A DNA stretch of 64,000 nucleotides from Candidatus Micrarchaeota archaeon (GTDB taxonomy: Archaea; Micrarchaeota; Micrarchaeia; Micrarchaeales; CABMGC01). The position numbers and the translations under genes were made by a program. Below are positions 47,440-56,592 of this stretch, piece by piece. Location: NCBI GenBank assembly GCA_021804105.1, contig JAJZKP010000001.1, positions 43,168 through 107,167 on the forward strand, read 5' to 3'. Below the pieces are notes generated by a model that worked only from the letters and a program-made list of their open reading frames with translations, searched no databases and was not told the DNA's origin. Each line of letters starts with the position of its first letter. The stretch's first letter is position 1.

Positions 47440-47834
47440 TAGACACAAACGTATTGGTAGATTATATAATAAAAGGCTCGGAGATGCATGAGAAAGCCAA
47501 GGAGTATCTTGAGAAAATTGATAATGGTGTTTTACCAAGCATCGTATTAGAGGAGCTTGTGTATGTACTGAATAGGATGGGTTTGGACAAGAAGACAATC
47601 GAGCAGGAAATAAGCGAGGTTTTGAATTCCTACGAAATCTTCGGCGTGGGTGAAGATGAAATCATGCAAGCAAAAGATATAATCATGCATGAAGGGAACA
47701 CCACATTCAAAAGATTCAATGATAAACTCATACTATCATTTGCAAAGAAAAAGGATCTGCCGCTGTTGACATTTGATGGGAATCTAAAGGACGAGTGTGA
47801 AGCTTATGGAGTCAAGATGCCACAGTTTCAATAA
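47427..47834 (+). CDS. vapC: PIN-domain ribonuclease toxin VapC (TA1)
   Basis: PIN acidic residues are in the expected contexts: VIDTNVLVDY, LEEL, FNDKLIL and TFD. Confidence 0.85.
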   Translation: MECVIDTNVLVDYIIKGSEMHEKAKEYLEKIDNGVLPSIVLEELVYVLNRMGLDKKTIEQEISEVLNSYEIFGVGEDEIMQAKDIIMHEGNTTFKRFNDKLILSFAKKKDLPLLTFDGNLKDECEAYGVKMPQFQ

Positions 47835-47854
47835 TCCGAATAAAGGCAAATTAT

Positions 47855-47877
47855 CACATCATAAAGAGGCTGGAATA
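47855..47877 (+). repeat. R2: array core repeat, 23/23 identical to R1
   Basis: Its context TATCACATCATAAAGAGGCTGGAATAG still reads YHIIKRLE-stop, with only silent changes (TAC to TAT, TAA to TAG). Confidence 0.95.
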
Positions 47878-48261
47878 GGGGTTATCGAAATCCAAGATGG
47901 TTCTAGTGAACAATTATGTAAACAAGAATGTTTGTATGTCTGTAATGCACAAATGCTACCATGTAAAGCGAGTTATCGGTATCAGAGTAAGAGAAGTCAC
48001 TGCTGATCAGATGCAGGTTCCTGCCTATCGAATACTGCAAGCACACCCATGTTCCATCGTGATGGCAAGGGGCCGTGACCTGAACGTGCCATGCTTACCA
48101 ATAAGTATCTGTAAGCAGTTTTCTTCCTATACAAGCATTATCTAGGCAAGCTTTTTCTTCAAAAACCGTCAGGCACGTAAGACTCAGCCCGTTGAAGGGC
48201 GTTCAGTACTAATAATAACAAATAAGAACGTTATTATCGTACTATCTCAACTATCGATCTG

Positions 48262-51200
48262 ATGCACAGGTATCTCCTGGCCTTATGTTTGCTTGCCATG
48301 CTTTCCAGCGCAGCCACGGCTTCCGTAACTGCGCCTCCAAACATAGTTGCCTATGCTCCAATAACCCTTATCAACAGCCAAAGCTCCGCATTTGCATACA
48401 ATTCCCAGGTCATGATAACTGTCAATTCGCTGGCATACAAGAATCATGTGGCACCGAACCTTCGGAGCATCGAGTTCTTCTATGCGAATAGGATGCTGAT
48501 ATCGAGCTGGCTTGAGGGAAATGCCACAGACGAGCTCAGTGCCAATAGCCTTTACACCTCTGCAAATGCTATTTATTGGCTGAGGATAGTTCCTGCAAAC
48601 GCATTCCTAACTGCAGGCTCTGCAAACACGGTATATATGGGTTCTGCCTCAACGCCCAACAACCTGCTCAGCACATCGTCCAACGGCATCGCACCGCAGT
48701 TGTCATGCAACACCCTCTCAAATACAATCCCTGGATGCGGTGCCAGTCAATACGGGGACTTCGCCAAGCTCTACTACTTAAGAGCCCAGCCAAGCAGGGC
48801 CCAACCCCGCCTGCGCCCCCAGTACAACCGCGTAGCCCATAAAGAGGGCGCATTAAGCAAGCTCCAAATCAAGTACAATATCATTAGCCTTCGACCGCCG
48901 CCTTCCATCTCAATCGCCAACGCGCTGTCTCCAAATTCAATAGACGTCATTGTAGGCTCCCCTTCTGACAATGCCCTGGTAACAGCAACCTGCTATTCCG
49001 GAGACACCTGCCAGATAGACAATGCCGCAGGCACGTCTCTCTCATCAGGTACTACTACTGCAACTCTCGCATATAACTCTCTTCCACTTGGATATACCAC
49101 CTTGTACGCAAACGACATATCTGCAGGACTGACATCCAACAACGTCTACGTAAGGAGGATAAGCGTCAGCAACAGCATAACCTTCGAGCTCACCAACAAC
49201 CAGGATTCTGCCGTTGAGGCAAACACACCGCTGTCCATAAACTTTAATGCGCTTGCATACAAGACCATGGAATCGAATTCACTCAACAACACTGCAGTCT
49301 ACTTCTCCAACGGGACAGTAGCGTACTCATGGATCGAAGGCAACCTGCTGGACGAGCAGACCCCTGCAAATGCGCTGTCATTAAGCTCCAACGTAATAAT
49401 ATGGTTCAAGAGCCCGAACACAGCTTCCTACCTGCCTGCTAACACAGGCACGCCTGCACACAACACTATAACTATCGGATTCGCTTCAACGGCAAACAAC
49501 CTCCTCGACGGCAACTTCATAGGAGAGGCGCCTGAACTGAGCCCGCAGTATGCCCAGTACGACAACGGCGCAAATGTCTTCACTTCATACCTGAACTTCG
49601 CCGGCACCTCTCTGCCCTCATCTTACCAGGTAAAGAATACGGCCTCGTACACCATAGACAATGGGTTATCGGGATCTTTCGGGCTGTCAACCTACCTGGA
49701 CATAATATCTGCAAATACCTTCCCATATCCGCTGATCGAGGATCTAGATGTCAACAGCATTACCATAACTGCAGGCACTCCGGTATTTCCATTTGTTGCG
49801 GAGTCCACGTCCAACGCCATTACTGGTTTCGTTAATAGTGTCGAAGTTGCCCCCTATAACGGATACGCCGCCACTGCATATTACAATTCTGAATACTACC
49901 TTAATCTCTTCGCCACAGCCAATGGTGCCGAGCTTATATCTGGGCACCTGGACCCCGAATCCGTCATAAGCATGGCTTGGACCAACGGCCTCGAGTCCGA
50001 ATATGAGAACTATAGCCTTATAGACACAGCAAACGGCTTGCAGACTGCTGTAGGGAACTACTATCTTGACTTGGGCGGTGGCACAGGCAGCACAGGCAGC
50101 GGCAGTTTTACAGCCTATTGGTTCAGGGGAAGGATCTATCCTCCTAATGGGATAATGCCTACTGCAATACTGTACATACCGCCAGCACCTACAATAACAC
50201 TGGCCAATGCTATCATTTCCAATTCCATAGACGTTGTAGCAGGCTCGCCATCTGACAACGCGCTAATAACAGCAACATGCAGTTCTACAGACATATGCGA
50301 GATAGAGAGCGCGCCTGGCAACGTCCTGGCAACAGGTACTACCACGGCAACGCTTGCATACAACGCGCTGCCAATTGGCTACTCCACGCTCCATGCCAAC
50401 GACATAACTGACGGCATGGCATCGGGCCCTGTAAGCGTCAGGAGAGTTGCGGTCCTTTCATCCATCCCTTACACTTTCGTGAACAGCGCGAAAACTCCCT
50501 TCTCTGCAAATACCTCCCTTAGCATAGACTTCAACGCCCTGGCCAACCGGAGCATAGAGTCGAACAGCCTGAATAACACGCTGATATATTTCAAGAACGG
50601 CACAGTGGCATATTCCTGGATAGAAGGCAACCAGCTAAACCAGTTCGCCCCCGGCAACCTGCTATACGGCGCTACAAACGTGATCATCTGGTTCAAGTCG
50701 CCGCCATCCAATGAATTTCTGCCTGCCGATACGAACGGCGCTACCACTGCAACAGTATACATGGGCTTTTCTGGCACCTCAAACAACCTCCTAGACGGCA
50801 ACTTCACAGGAGAGGCTCCATACCTGAGCAGCTCGTATGCCCAGTACGACAACGGCGCAAATGTCTTTGAGCTCTATTTCAATGGCGATACCCCTGTAAA
50901 CAGCTTTACTGTTGGCTCCAACTTCACTCTTACCCAGGCGAGCGGAGTTACCCTAGGCAGCGAGGTGGTGAACGCCCTTCAGGTGAAGGGAGCGTGCACC
51001 TATGGCTATCCCTGCCTTTCCTATGTTTATAACAAAGGGGCGCCGAACAATCCCACAATACTCCAGGCTGCTGTGGCGAACAACAACGAAGGCCACAATC
51101 TTGCTTCTATAGACATACAGAATGGCAACACAGTCGATTCGTCCAACACTGATGTCGAGGCTGTGTACTCTGGTTATAGCGGCGCAGGTTTCTCCCTTGC

Positions 51201-52797
51201 TTATATACAGTCAGGATCCTATGCTGCAAACTTAGATTCGCAGGGAAGCGTGAGTACCAGCCTTGATTTCTACACCGTGTACTATCACGGTTCCTCAAAC
51301 AGCAGCTTCTCAGGCAGCATTTCCCCAACCCTCTACTCCGGCGGCTACAACGGCTCGCAGAACATTAACCCACTGGCATCTGACAATACATTGTACATAG
51401 GGGATGGTATAGGCAACAATCCCAGCACGCCTACGAATGAGTTCGTAGAGTTTGCTAGGGCTCTGGTGCCGACTCCCCCAGGCGAGTCCTCATCATCTTA
51501 CAAAGCGCTGGACATAGCCGCGCCTTCCCCTTCCTCGCAGTCCATGACGCAAGGGCAGAACGCAATCATCAACGATTCCGGGCTCTCAGGCGGCAAGGCA
51601 CCGTATTCCTACCAATGGTATGCGTCTGCCAGCGGCGTTCCAGGAGATACGGCTGCAAATGCGCTTGAGGCGAACACCCTGCTTGGCATAGGCACAGCAA
51701 GCGGTGAAGCCCAATCCCAGAATGCGCTCTTCGCAACCAGCAGCAACACAGCAGCAGGCACATACTACTTCTCGCTCTACGGGACAGACTCAGAACAGAT
51801 CACCGTAAATACCTCTGCTGCAGTTGTGACTGTCCGGGGCATTCCGACAACCACTGTGGGTGCAGGTGGAGGACCTCCAGGCCCGTCGTACATCTCAATA
51901 TCAGACAACATAAATTCTGCAGCTGCATCATTGGCTCCTGTTTTCTTCGTGGGTTCAACGCAATACTACCAGAACCAGCTGCCTGCAGAGGCACAGTTCA
52001 CCGGGCCCTATGCCTATGTGAGATTCGCTTGCAACGTTACTATAGGGAGCAGCGTGTACTATTACCAGAATGACGCATACGGCCTTGGCGGCGGTGCGAT
52101 ATGCAACCATGCATACCAGACTAACGTAGGCAGTATCGAGGCAATATATGCACCGGGGCAGAATACCACCTCCTCTACAACACTGTCAACTACAACTGAA
52201 ACTAGCACAATTCCCAAAACTACGGTCCTGACAACCACTATAATTCAGCCGACAACCACCACTATAAGCAGCTACGCCTCCAATATCAGTGTCTCAGCAA
52301 ACTCACCTGCGCAACTCAACGTCACGCCTTTCATGAACCTAAAGATAAGCAGCAGCAACCAGAGCAATCAGAATATACGGATCCTGGTCGAGAACCAGAC
52401 TTCACACTCCACCGCTCCGGCCAACTATTCCAAGATATATGTCTTCACGCTTAATGCCACGCCACAGGCCAGCATCACTGTAAACACAACAATAGCGTAC
52501 AACTGCAGCTTAAATCCTGGGTTGGTGCCCTTTGCATACGTCAATGGCACATGGCAGCAGATATACGGTGCCGTCGTGCTGCAGGATCCGTGCAGGATAT
52601 CCTTCCCTGACACGAATGGCCATCCAGTAGGCATATTCGAGAGGTCTCTTGCGCAGGCCAATTCTACCACTCCTGCAAAGCTCTTGACAAGCAGCGAGCC
52701 ACGGTACCTTGCCTATCTTGGCATAGCGATAGTGGTTATACTAATTATCCTTATCCTTCTTGCATACCGGAGGCGCAAGCGACAGCATAAACGGTAA
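48262..52797 (+). CDS. giant (1511 aa) surface protein: signal peptide, three DUF2341-like/LamG-like modules, Ig/PKD-like region, Thr/Ser-rich stalk, C-terminal TM anchor
   Basis: The signal peptide is MHRYLLALCLLAMLSSAATA. There is an internal ~230-aa duplication (aa 212-440 vs 640-869), a Thr-rich linker and a C-terminal hydrophobic helix followed by RRRKRQHKR. Confidence 0.8.
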   Translation: MHRYLLALCLLAMLSSAATASVTAPPNIVAYAPITLINSQSSAFAYNSQVMITVNSLAYKNHVAPNLRSIEFFYANRMLISSWLEGNATDELSANSLYTSANAIYWLRIVPANAFLTAGSANTVYMGSASTPNNLLSTSSNGIAPQLSCNTLSNTIPGCGASQYGDFAKLYYLRAQPSRAQPRLRPQYNRVAHKEGALSKLQIKYNIISLRPPPSISIANALSPNSIDVIVGSPSDNALVTATCYSGDTCQIDNAAGTSLSSGTTTATLAYNSLPLGYTTLYANDISAGLTSNNVYVRRISVSNSITFELTNNQDSAVEANTPLSINFNALAYKTMESNSLNNTAVYFSNGTVAYSWIEGNLLDEQTPANALSLSSNVIIWFKSPNTASYLPANTGTPAHNTITIGFASTANNLLDGNFIGEAPELSPQYAQYDNGANVFTSYLNFAGTSLPSSYQVKNTASYTIDNGLSGSFGLSTYLDIISANTFPYPLIEDLDVNSITITAGTPVFPFVAESTSNAITGFVNSVEVAPYNGYAATAYYNSEYYLNLFATANGAELISGHLDPESVISMAWTNGLESEYENYSLIDTANGLQTAVGNYYLDLGGGTGSTGSGSFTAYWFRGRIYPPNGIMPTAILYIPPAPTITLANAIISNSIDVVAGSPSDNALITATCSSTDICEIESAPGNVLATGTTTATLAYNALPIGYSTLHANDITDGMASGPVSVRRVAVLSSIPYTFVNSAKTPFSANTSLSIDFNALANRSIESNSLNNTLIYFKNGTVAYSWIEGNQLNQFAPGNLLYGATNVIIWFKSPPSNEFLPADTNGATTATVYMGFSGTSNNLLDGNFTGEAPYLSSSYAQYDNGANVFELYFNGDTPVNSFTVGSNFTLTQASGVTLGSEVVNALQVKGACTYGYPCLSYVYNKGAPNNPTILQAAVANNNEGHNLASIDIQNGNTVDSSNTDVEAVYSGYSGAGFSLAYIQSGSYAANLDSQGSVSTSLDFYTVYYHGSSNSSFSGSISPTLYSGGYNGSQNINPLASDNTLYIGDGIGNNPSTPTNEFVEFARALVPTPPGESSSSYKALDIAAPSPSSQSMTQGQNAIINDSGLSGGKAPYSYQWYASASGVPGDTAANALEANTLLGIGTASGEAQSQNALFATSSNTAAGTYYFSLYGTDSEQITVNTSAAVVTVRGIPTTTVGAGGGPPGPSYISISDNINSAAASLAPVFFVGSTQYYQNQLPAEAQFTGPYAYVRFACNVTIGSSVYYYQNDAYGLGGGAICNHAYQTNVGSIEAIYAPGQNTTSSTTLSTTTETSTIPKTTVLTTTIIQPTTTTISSYASNISVSANSPAQLNVTPFMNLKISSSNQSNQNIRILVENQTSHSTAPANYSKIYVFTLNATPQASITVNTTIAYNCSLNPGLVPFAYVNGTWQQIYGAVVLQDPCRISFPDTNGHPVGIFERSLAQANSTTPAKLLTSSEPRYLAYLGIAIVVILIILILLAYRRRKRQHKR
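48895..49581 (+). repeat. intragenic duplicated module, copy 1 (PPPSISIANA...YAQYDNGANVF)
   Basis: It aligns with 50179..50868 along its whole length. The nt string GTATGCCCAGTACGACAACGGCGCAAATGTCTT is identical in both copies. Confidence 0.85.
50179..50868 (+). repeat. intragenic duplicated module, copy 2 (PPAPTITLANA...YAQYDNGANVF)
   Basis: See copy 1. The offset between the copies is 1284 nt. Confidence 0.85.
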
Positions 52798-53054
52798 ACG
52801 CCTTGGCTATGTCGGCATGGCGCAGTAAAACTGCCAAGGCCACATATGCATGCTTTATTGCATGGCAGCAAGGCGCAGGGCAAAACGGAAATTTCCCGAA
52901 AAAGGAGAAATCCATCGCAGCTTGAGCCACCATGCCCGCGTTGCCCACAGCCATTGCCGTAATGGCCCTCTACCGCTACTAATACTTAAATATCTTTCTT
53001 GGTTTAATCTTAAATGACAGTCAGAAAAAGCTAACAAACACGCGATGTTGCCTA

Positions 53055-53858
53055 ATGGATGCAAACCCTATTCCTTCAACTGCTATTGAAAAGGAGGACA
53101 AAAAAATCCTGCAGTCAATTGGCCTCTCGTACAGGTTCCCCAATGCCTCAAAATTTACGTTCACAGACATAAACCTGAAGGCATACAAGGACCAGCTTGT
53201 CGCAATAGTAGGGCCTACCGGCACTGGAAAATCCACCCTATTAAGAAATCTGGCATATCTGATACCGCCTACCAGCGGCACCGTGCTTCTCGAGGGAAAG
53301 CCAGTGACCAAGCCATCCTCAAGGATATCCCTGGTCCACCAGTCCATCGCAACATTCCCATGGATGACAGCACTGGAGAATGTGAAGCTTTCATTGAAAG
53401 GCAAAATGGATAATGAACAGGCCACTAAGAACGCCCAGAAAATGCTTGACTTGGTTGGTCTCCGCGGCGTTGAGGACAACTATCCCAAGGAGATGAGCGG
53501 GGGTATGAGGCAGAGGGTTGCAATTGCTCGTTCCCTTGTTGCAAGCCCTTCCGTGCTTCTCATGGACGAGCCGTTTGTCCACCTTGACGAGCTTACCGCT
53601 ACAAAACTAAGGGATGAAATATACAAGATAGTATTCAACCCGCGAAACACACTTAAGGCTGCAATACTGGTTTCACACAACCTGCACGAGGTCGTGCATC
53701 TTGCAGATTACGTATACGTGATGAACGGCAGCCCAGCAACCGTAATTGATACTTTTAAGATAGATCTTCCAAGGCCGAGATCTGAAAGGACATCTAACTT
53801 TTACGACTATATAGACAGGATAATGAAAGGCCTTGATGTAACACCTCAGAAGGCCTGA
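53055..53858 (+). CDS. ABC transporter ATP-binding protein (nitrate/sulfonate/taurine NitT/TauT-like family)
   Basis: Walker A is GPTGTGKST, the signature is MSGGMRQRVAIARSL and Walker B is LLMDEPFVHLD. Confidence 0.9.
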   Translation: MDANPIPSTAIEKEDKKILQSIGLSYRFPNASKFTFTDINLKAYKDQLVAIVGPTGTGKSTLLRNLAYLIPPTSGTVLLEGKPVTKPSSRISLVHQSIATFPWMTALENVKLSLKGKMDNEQATKNAQKMLDLVGLRGVEDNYPKEMSGGMRQRVAIARSLVASPSVLLMDEPFVHLDELTATKLRDEIYKIVFNPRNTLKAAILVSHNLHEVVHLADYVYVMNGSPATVIDTFKIDLPRPRSERTSNFYDYIDRIMKGLDVTPQKA

Positions 53859-53860
53859 CT

Positions 53861-55483
53861 ATGGATATCTCAATAATAGCACTGGCCACTCTGGCTACGG
53901 TTCTGAGAATCCTGGCGTTAATAGCGGTATCTATAGTTTTAGGGTGGGGACTTGCATACTTGTCCATCAAGAGCAGGACATTCGAGAATGCATATATCCC
54001 GCTGGTCAATGCATTTGAGTCCATACCTGTAATCGGCTTCCTGCCCATAGTACTAGTTGCATTCATATCTGGCGTCGGAGGCCCGCTGGGAGTAGAACTC
54101 GCTGCAGATTTCTTGGTATTCGATGCAGTAGTATGGAATATCTGGATTGGTATCTACCAGGCTTTCAAGACGGTTCCTGAACCCCTGCTCGAAGTCGCGG
54201 ATAACTACAAGTTCGGTATATGGAGGAGGCTCAAGGACTTGTACATACCGCATTCCCTGCCGCGCATAACCTCAAACCTCTTCTCAAGCTTTGCTGACGG
54301 ACTTTTCTACATCTCCGTAAGCGAGATATTCACCGTTGGGGTAAAAACATACCAGACATTCGGAATAGGCACCACGATAGCTGTGTTCCTGCAGCAGGGC
54401 AACCTCCTCGGGGTCTACTACTCGCTCGCATTCGTCGCCGCTGCAGTAATAATAGTTACCCTGACATTTTCAAGGCTCAGCAAGCGGGCAATTGCAAAAT
54501 ACGGGCTGAACACTGATCTGCCGATAAGGCGCTATCACAGTACCATACGTAAATACATCTATTCTACTTGGCGCAACATGTCCAGGGAGAACATAGTATC
54601 CAGATTCGGATCCAGGTTCAGGAACAAGAAGAGGGTGCGCTATTCGGAAAGGGAACAAGAACCAAACTACCTCGGGGCCGTATTGAAGTACTCTGTTTAT
54701 TTCCTATTGGCAGTTATTGCCGTATACCTGCTCTTCTGGGTTTATGCTACTGTCACCTCCGTATCCGGATCTGAATGGTCAAGCTTCTTCTCAGAGACCC
54801 CATTCCTCATATATGCCATGGGAGTTGATTATCTAAGAGTGGCTGTGATAGCCCTTGCCTCAGCATTCCTTGCTATCACGCTTGGTTACTATCTAGCAGT
54901 GCATAAAAAGGCAAGCACCATGCTGACCCCCATAATACAGATAATAGGCGCATTCCCGGCCCCAACCTACTTTCCGCTGATATTCATAGCGACCCTTCCA
55001 TTCCTGGCAAGCGCCCTGCCGTTTGAATATACAGAAGTCTACATCTTTATCCTTGGTTTCCTGAGCTGTTTCTACTACGTGCTCTTCGACTTCTGGATAG
55101 GGGTCCAGGCAATACCATCGGAGTTCTGGGAGGTCATGCGCAACCACGAGCTAGGATTTTTCACCAGGATGAGGTACATTATACTGCCTGCAGCGTTTCC
55201 ATACCTGATAACAGGACTGTCAAGCACAATAAACAGCGCCTGGGCCGGCATAGCAATAGCCGAGTACTGGCCCAACATCTACGGAACCCACTCGCTTATA
55301 GCGAATATCGGGATGATGAAGTTCATATCGGTAAACCTGGCGGAAGGAAACATCGCAGCAGCAGCATACATATCCCTCATCTTTGCAGTTGTTGTGATAA
55401 TATACGGCTTGCTCTTCACCAGAAGCCTTATGGACCTTGCACGCAAGAAATATGTTGTTGAAGAAGGCATATACGCCGGATAA
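53861..55483 (+). CDS. ABC transporter permease, fused double-domain (BPD-type)
   Basis: 540 aa with about 12 TM segments in two similar halves separated by a basic cytoplasmic linker. No binding-protein gene is adjacent. Confidence 0.75.
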   Translation: MDISIIALATLATVLRILALIAVSIVLGWGLAYLSIKSRTFENAYIPLVNAFESIPVIGFLPIVLVAFISGVGGPLGVELAADFLVFDAVVWNIWIGIYQAFKTVPEPLLEVADNYKFGIWRRLKDLYIPHSLPRITSNLFSSFADGLFYISVSEIFTVGVKTYQTFGIGTTIAVFLQQGNLLGVYYSLAFVAAAVIIVTLTFSRLSKRAIAKYGLNTDLPIRRYHSTIRKYIYSTWRNMSRENIVSRFGSRFRNKKRVRYSEREQEPNYLGAVLKYSVYFLLAVIAVYLLFWVYATVTSVSGSEWSSFFSETPFLIYAMGVDYLRVAVIALASAFLAITLGYYLAVHKKASTMLTPIIQIIGAFPAPTYFPLIFIATLPFLASALPFEYTEVYIFILGFLSCFYYVLFDFWIGVQAIPSEFWEVMRNHELGFFTRMRYIILPAAFPYLITGLSSTINSAWAGIAIAEYWPNIYGTHSLIANIGMMKFISVNLAEGNIAAAAYISLIFAVVVIIYGLLFTRSLMDLARKKYVVEEGIYAG

Positions 55484-55548
55484 ATCTGCCGTATTCCGGG
55501 AAAAACTCCAGGAACCTGATCCTCATCAAACATGTGCTCCAAATCGCG

Positions 55549-55719
55549 CAGCAGTACTCGCTTGACGGATCAGGCAAGCGTGGCGGCGACCTTGGCGTAT
55601 TCGGGCATGGAGTAATGGTAAGGGAGTTCGAGAAGGCAGCTTTTTCACTTCAGAAAGGCCAGGTCTCAGGAATAGTGAAGACCCAGTTCTGATATCACAT
55701 CATAAAGGAGCTGGAATAA
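55549..55719 (+). pseudogene. displaced partial copy of the parvulin gene 3' end (171 nt), contains R3
   Basis: It aligns without gaps to 46944..47114, with the first 92 nt identical and then 9 mismatches. GGC has become TGA, creating a premature stop. There is no 5' part and no start codon. Confidence 0.9.
55696..55718 (+). repeat. R3: array core repeat, 21/23 match (AGG to GAG)
   Basis: Read directly. It is preceded by TAT, like R2. Confidence 0.9.
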
Positions 55720-55777
55720 AAGCTAACACGAATCTAGCAGAATATTATAGAGTCTATTTACAACGCAATATCGAGCA

Positions 55778-55791
55778 GAAAGTTAATATAT
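55778..55791 (+). promoter_or_regulatory. cassette promoter module GAAAGTTAATATAT (BRE/TATA-like), TA2
   Basis: Homologous to the TA1 and TA3 modules and followed by a TA-repeat tract. The ATG is at 55817. Confidence 0.45.
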
Positions 55792-55816
55792 CTATATATA
55801 TATAGATATAGATATC

Positions 55817-56047
55817 ATGACACGGCAGATAGCAATCTCTGAGGAAGCCTATGAAAGGCTATCAAGATTAAAGGAAAGTAAGAAATCCTTTACGAAGGTT
55901 ATTCTGGAACTTACCGAGAAGAAAAGCAGGGACATCTCCGACCTGTTTGGGGCATGGAAGATGAGCGATGCAAAGGCGCAGCAAATGAAGAAATCAATAA
56001 AGGAATCGAGAAAACATTTCTTTGGCAAAAGACACGTTGATGGCTGA
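55817..56047 (+). CDS. vapB: VapB-type antitoxin (DUF217/PF02697-like) (TA2)
   Basis: 76 aa. The pattern IAISEEAYERLSRLKESKKSFTKVILEL is typical of the archaeal putative-antitoxin family. Confidence 0.65.
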   Translation: MTRQIAISEEAYERLSRLKESKKSFTKVILELTEKKSRDISDLFGAWKMSDAKAQQMKKSIKESRKHFFGKRHVDG

Positions 56048-56429
56048 TTCCATGACAATGTACGATACTAATATCATGATTGACTATCTAAGAGGCAAAG
56101 ATGAGGCCGCTGAGATTATAAGAAAGTCTACTGATGAAAAGGGTATAAGTATCTCATCTATAAGCTGCTACGAATTGCTTGATGGCGCAAAAGGAAACGA
56201 GGAAGAGGTACTAGAGTCCCTCTTTGGCAGGATTACCGTACATCATCTTGATCTTAAGGCAGCGAGGAAAGCAAGCTCCCTACATAAAAGGCTTAGAAAA
56301 ACCGGCAGCGAGTTGAGCGCAGCGGATATGTTCATAGTTGCCATAGCCGAAGCCAACGACGAAATTTTCGTAACTCAGGATTCGGACTTCAAAGATTCAT
56401 ACGGCAAGGTTATTGTCCTTGAAAAGTGA
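56040..56429 (+). CDS. vapC: PIN-domain ribonuclease toxin VapC (TA2)
   Basis: PIN contexts are MYDTNIMIDY, CYELL, AADMFIVAIA and TQDSDF. ATG 56040 overlaps the antitoxin stop as ATGGCTGA. Confidence 0.85.
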   Translation: MADSMTMYDTNIMIDYLRGKDEAAEIIRKSTDEKGISISSISCYELLDGAKGNEEEVLESLFGRITVHHLDLKAARKASSLHKRLRKTGSELSAADMFIVAIAEANDEIFVTQDSDFKDSYGKVIVLEK

Positions 56430-56454
56430 ACTGTTGGTCGCCTAGCTCTACTAC

Positions 56455-56477
56455 CACATCATAAAGAGGCTGGAATA
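56455..56477 (+). repeat. R4: array core repeat, 23/23; with flanks it is a 29-nt exact match to 47087..47115
   Basis: CTACCACATCATAAAGAGGCTGGAATAAG is identical to the native gene end, including 2 nt past the core. Confidence 0.95.
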
Positions 56478-56557
56478 AGGATTATAGCATGAGATAGTAA
56501 ATTGGATATATTACGAATAGGCTCTAATGAAGACTTAGTAATCAATTTTGTAAACAT

Positions 56558-56571
56558 AAATGTTTATATAT
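56558..56571 (+). promoter_or_regulatory. cassette promoter module AAATGTTTATATAT (BRE/TATA-like), TA3
   Basis: The TTTATATAT starts 30 nt upstream of ATG 56593, the same spacing as TA1. Confidence 0.5.
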
Positions 56572-56592
56572 CTGTAGCGTACAAATACTATC

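Noticed and set aside
47797-48145. Tracked ORFs 47797..48006 (69 aa) and 47897..48145 (82 aa) in the gap between repeat R2 and the giant surface-protein gene.
   Set aside because: They have no motifs and an odd composition (Cys/His/Met-rich), overlap each other in different frames and lack promoter-like context. I treat the 384 nt as non-coding or degraded. The region is flagged under the cargo finding for six-frame remnant searches.
48750-48900. An odd, GC-rich, Pro/Arg/Gln-rich segment (YYLRAQPSRAQPRLRPQYNRVAHKEG) inside the giant ORF, at the point where the other module junctions read FRGRIYPPNGIMPT. I suspected a frameshift.
   Set aside because: The alternative frames either hit a stop at once or give unrelated Pro-rich sequence (the tracked ORF 48576..48842). 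No frame restores the expected junction motif. A diverged or deleted linker is more likely than a frameshift.
52800-52840. An 8-bp inverted repeat, GCCTTGGC ... GCCAAGGC, with a 25-nt loop, right after the stop of the giant ORF. It could be a terminator hairpin.
   Set aside because: The stem is short and the loop is long. Archaeal termination mostly relies on oligo-T tracts, and none follows. The evidence is too weak to annotate.
55783-55816. A TA-rich low-complexity tract (TTAATATATCTATATATATATAGATATAGATATC) that looks repeat-like.
   Set aside because: It is a simple TA microsatellite-like promoter region directly upstream of an antitoxin ATG. It has no spacer-repeat periodicity, so it is not a CRISPR array. 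No CRISPR-like array was seen anywhere in the window.
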